A stretch of DNA of 63,275 bases, filler included, from Stramenopiles sp. TOSAG23-6 (lineage: Eukaryota): assembly GCA_900128565.1 (NCBI GenBank). It is 7 parts of 7 records of this genome, joined end to end, with 100 filler letters (N's around TTAATTAATTAA, not from the genome) between each part and the next. Parts side by side here need not be neighbours in the genome. Positions count along the whole stretch, not along the records: positions 48,343 to 60,267 come from LT636229.1; positions 60,368 to 61,771 come from LT639104.1; positions 61,872 to 63,275 come from LT639105.1; 4 more parts are not named here. The stretch is one strand, 5' to 3'. The notes under the pieces were generated by a model. That model was not told the DNA's origin, did not search any database, and saw nothing but the letters and a program-made list of their open reading frames with translations. Below are positions 59,726-63,275 of this stretch, in pieces; the first letter of the stretch is position 1; each line of letters opens with the position of its first letter. The position numbers and the translations under genes were made by a program.

Positions 59726-60197
59726 ATGGAACATTCGGATGTCAATGCCAGATTTTCTGAGCCACTGATCAAAGAAGAAAATTTAGCTGTGAATCAGATA
59801 TTTCAGTCAAGTCAAACTTATAACTCATCAAAACGCAAATTTCGTCGTTGGATATGGCAGTTGCTTTCAGTGAAAGCTACAAAATATCGTCATATTACTA
59901 CACACTGGCCGTCAAAAATATTCGAACTTTTCATTATGACGTTAATCTTGTTTAATGTCATTCTTGGATGCTACAGTATAGGTCGTACAGATGGTACTTT
60001 TGACCCTACCCTAAAAAATGAGTTTACGGAATCATCATCTTCTGAGAAGATTAAAGCTTTAGTGAATTCTTCGTTGTTTCCCTTTTTAAACTATTGTTCA
60101 ATTACAGTCTTTACAATTGAATATCTTGCTAGAATGTGGTCTTGTGTAGAAGATCAACGATATCAATATAATGATTCGATATGTGTCTGGCGTGGTC
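59726..60197 (+). CDS. Ion transport (voltage-gated channel-like) protein, first exon
   Basis: FELFIMTLILFNVI...TVFTIEYLARMWSCVE (S1-S2). Confidence 0.75.
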
Positions 60198-60267
60198 GTA
60201 CGTTTTCATTATGAATTTCAAATTTATTTATTTTTTCGTACGAAATTTTGTACCTAACAAATTTCGA

Positions 60268-60367
60268 NNNNNNNNNNNNNNNNNNNNNNNNNNNNNNNNN
60301 NNNNNNNNNNNTTAATTAATTAANNNNNNNNNNNNNNNNNNNNNNNNNNNNNNNNNNNNNNNNNNNN
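60268..60367. other. Artificial contig linker
   Basis: N-TTAATTAATTAA-N. Confidence 0.95.
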
Positions 60368-60422
<55 letters not shown>

Positions 60423-61771
60423 GCGTTCTTCTACAGTAACGTCACCTTCCTCAAGGACAAATACGATTTCTCCGATTCAACCATACTCTGGGCAAACAAC
60501 GGTATATGGAGGAACACAACAACATACATCTCAAATGAGACAAAGAGGTTACTCTTCTCAATACGATTCAGTGGAAAGAAGTTCTCAACCACATCATCAT
60601 TATTATAACAATTCTTCAGCAGGGGAGAGACTTATAGCAAGAACAGAAGCCTTGAATACAAATTTAACTTTGAAAACAAGTTTGTCCCAATCTAACCCCA
60701 AAGCTACCCTTTCCAATTATTTTAATAGACACGAAGGATATCCTACTATAACTGATGTACGATCATCAAGTACTGGTATACAAAAAACACAACAAAATAT
60801 GCAACAAAATCAAAATATATGCACAAAGGACTATTTCAGTCATCCTAGCTTAAACCCTAACCCTACTCCCTTGACAAGAAAGGATTATTTTACTCCAACG
60901 TTGACAACAACAAATTCAACAGAGGATTATTTTAGTAATAATAATAATACTAAACAATATTCAAATAATACTCATCTCAGTCCAATGATGTGGTCAAATC
61001 GACAACCATATCGTCATCTGCCTCCGGACCGTCAACCGCTACAACAGTCTTCAATTCCACTACATCATACTTCATATTCCCCTAACCCTAATCACACACA
61101 GCAATTTAATACACGTCAACAATTCAACCAACAACAATTATATAACCAACAACAATTATATAACCCAGTTCATATGTCTACTATAAGTAATATTACTAGT
61201 CCACGTATTCAACAACAATACAACCAAAAACACCAAATGAGCCAAATTAATAAAAAATTGAATCAGAATTTGAATCAGAATTTGAATCAGAATTTGAATC
61301 AGGAGCGAATGTATCAAAATAATGAAATGTATAAAAATAATTCAAGTCATACACAAGCAATTCACAATCCCAGTACAAATATTCATTATTCCAATATGCG
61401 GCAAGAAATAATCAGTGAATTTGGTGAAGAAGACGTTAATTATGGTACGTTTTTTTTTTAGAATTTTTTTTTTTTGGTTTTCGTACGAAATATCGTACCT
61501 AACGAAATTTTTATGACTAACAAAAAAAAAAAAAAATATTTTTTCACAAACAGCTGTGGATATTTTATCCAAATTTGATGGTGACATTGCTGCTGCTGCA
61601 CGATCTTTACAACATGGGGATATAATTGGATTTGATGATGACGTCACTTATAAAAGTGCTTTGCCTACCAATCAGGCATCTTCTACTTCAAATAATCATA
61701 CATCGAACCCTAACCCTAATAATAATTCAAATACTAATTTTGAAACAACTGTATATGATGATAATAATAAT
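60368..61771 (+). CDS. Gln/Asn-rich protein fragment with UBA-like segment; intron 61445-61553 (GT-AG element copy)
   Basis: After splicing EFGEEDVNYAVDILSKFDGDIAAAARSL; CAA microsatellite at the contig start. Confidence 0.5.
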
Positions 61772-61871
61772 NNNNNNNNNNNNNNNNNNNNNNNNNNNNN
61801 NNNNNNNNNNNNNNNTTAATTAATTAANNNNNNNNNNNNNNNNNNNNNNNNNNNNNNNNNNNNNNNNNNNN
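61772..61871. other. Artificial contig linker
   Basis: N-TTAATTAATTAA-N. Confidence 0.95.
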
Positions 61872-61965
61872 TTTTTTTTTTTTTTGTAAAATTTGTTAGG
61901 TACGAAATTTCGTATGAAAAAAAATTATAAATATATTTTTTTTTTTAATCCTATATAGTATGTAC

Positions 61966-63275
61966 ATATGAGCTCGCTTCAAGTCATGTAAACTTTTTAC
62001 GTATTTTTTACTACGCGTACGTGGAGTTGATTGAAACATAATTTTGATTTCTCTACCTAATTTTTGTGTGTTTGAATTTTTGTTTTTTGTACTTAATTTT
62101 TGTGTGTTTGAATTTTGTAACTGTAAACACTCTTTCAACTCAATCGCACAAATTTTATTCTCATATAAAGTTACCTGGTACTGTGCATGTATATTTTTGA
62201 AATATGCAATACATGTATTTACTTTTGTTAGATAAAAAAGTGAACTACAAACAAAATAGTTACACAATATATAAATGTTCTATAAAAAAAATATTTAAAA
62301 AAAAAAAAATCGAAATTGAAAAAAAAAAAATTGAAATGAGTAATACAATAATAATGGTAAAATACATGACGGATATTTTCATCAAGGATAGGCAAATGAT
62401 TACTCTTGGTATTTTTTATCAAATGACTCATGTTATTATACTGTTTATCTATAGAATGATTTTCGGACATTTTCTCTAGTGTCTCGATTTCTTGCAGTGC
62501 AACTAATTTTGCTATTTCTTGTTGTCGTCTATTTAATGTGAACGATATATATATATATATATTTGTTAGGTACAAAATTTCGTATAAAAAAAAAAATAAA
62601 AAAAAATAAAAATAAAAAAAATAACTTATCTTTCTCAATTTTTGTAACTCTTTTTTCTGTAACGCTGACAAACATCTCTTCATTGGATTAGGGTTAGGGT
62701 TCTTCATTGGGTTTGGGCTACTTTGTGTACTATCCTGTAGACCATGTATTTTGGAAAAATATTTCAAAAAAAAATTTTAAAATTTGTTAGGTACGAAATT
62801 TCGTACGAAAAAAAAAATCGAATTTGAAAAAAAATAAAACATACATGTATATCATTCTGTTCTTTGTGTTGATTCATTTCATCAGAATTATCTTTTGTAT
62901 TGGAATGATAAATACTTGACTCAATTGTTCCATGATGTTTGCTAATCGAATGCACTCCTGTAACATTACTTTCTTTAGTGTTATGTTCAATATTATGTAA
63001 AGCTTTGTTGATTTTATGAACTTCTGCCTCAACGGCATGTTCAATATTATGTTCAATATTATGTATTTCATTCATAGCTTTATGAGCTTCTGCTGCAACA
63101 GCATGTTCAATATTTTGTAAGTCATTCTTAAGTTTATGAGCTTCTGCTCCAACGGCATGTTTAATATTATGTTCAATATTATTTAACTCATTATTGATTT
63201 TATGTGCTTCTGCTCCAACAGCATGTTCAATATTATGTTCAGTATTATGTATTTCATTCTTAAGTTTATGAGCTT
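61966..63275 (-). CDS. Hypothetical protein fragment with His-rich NIEHAVxAEAHK repeats; introns 62744-62844, 62531-62629, 62187-62365
   Basis: The frame is continuous after removing the element copies. Confidence 0.45.

Noticed and set aside
535-62844. The repeat family as a CRISPR array or bacterial REP elements
   Set aside because: Copies are dispersed inside eukaryotic genes, follow gene orientation and have no constant-length spacers.
1-63275. Autonomous transposase, tRNA, rRNA or snRNA genes
   Set aside because: None recognisable by eye; a covariance-model or HMM scan would be needed to exclude them.

Overview
AT-rich, gene-dense eukaryotic DNA, most likely from a flagellated protist. 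A stramenopile is inferred from PACRG, the EGF/tenascin-like CPxGDDP protein and the mitochondrial carrier type. The window is a concatenation of 7 contigs joined by an artificial N-TTAATTAATTAA-N linker. It holds about 30 protein genes or gene fragments, including PACRG, an EGF-repeat protein, a cold-shock RNA-binding protein, ALIX/Bro1, Nuf2, Pus1/TruA, GH27 alpha-galactosidase, RecQ, a LisH/CTLH protein, DSP phosphatases and an ENTH protein. The dominant signal is a family of about 70 related inserts (manual count, including partial and degenerate copies), mostly ~90-135 nt. They always lie in the sense orientation of the host gene and behave as introns: removing them restores conserved motifs. 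Consensus: RTAYGTTTT ... TTC(A/G)TACGAAATTT(T/C)GTACCTAAC ... TTTGAAATATTTTTC(C/A)(A/C)AATAY-NN. Most end in AT rather than AG, a few end in GT, AC or TG, and several start with AT or GA. The last dinucleotide usually copies the end of the upstream exon. This looks like an Introner-type, transposon-derived intron family spliced with non-canonical boundaries. All exon-intron calls come from reading frame and protein motifs only; there is no transcript evidence.
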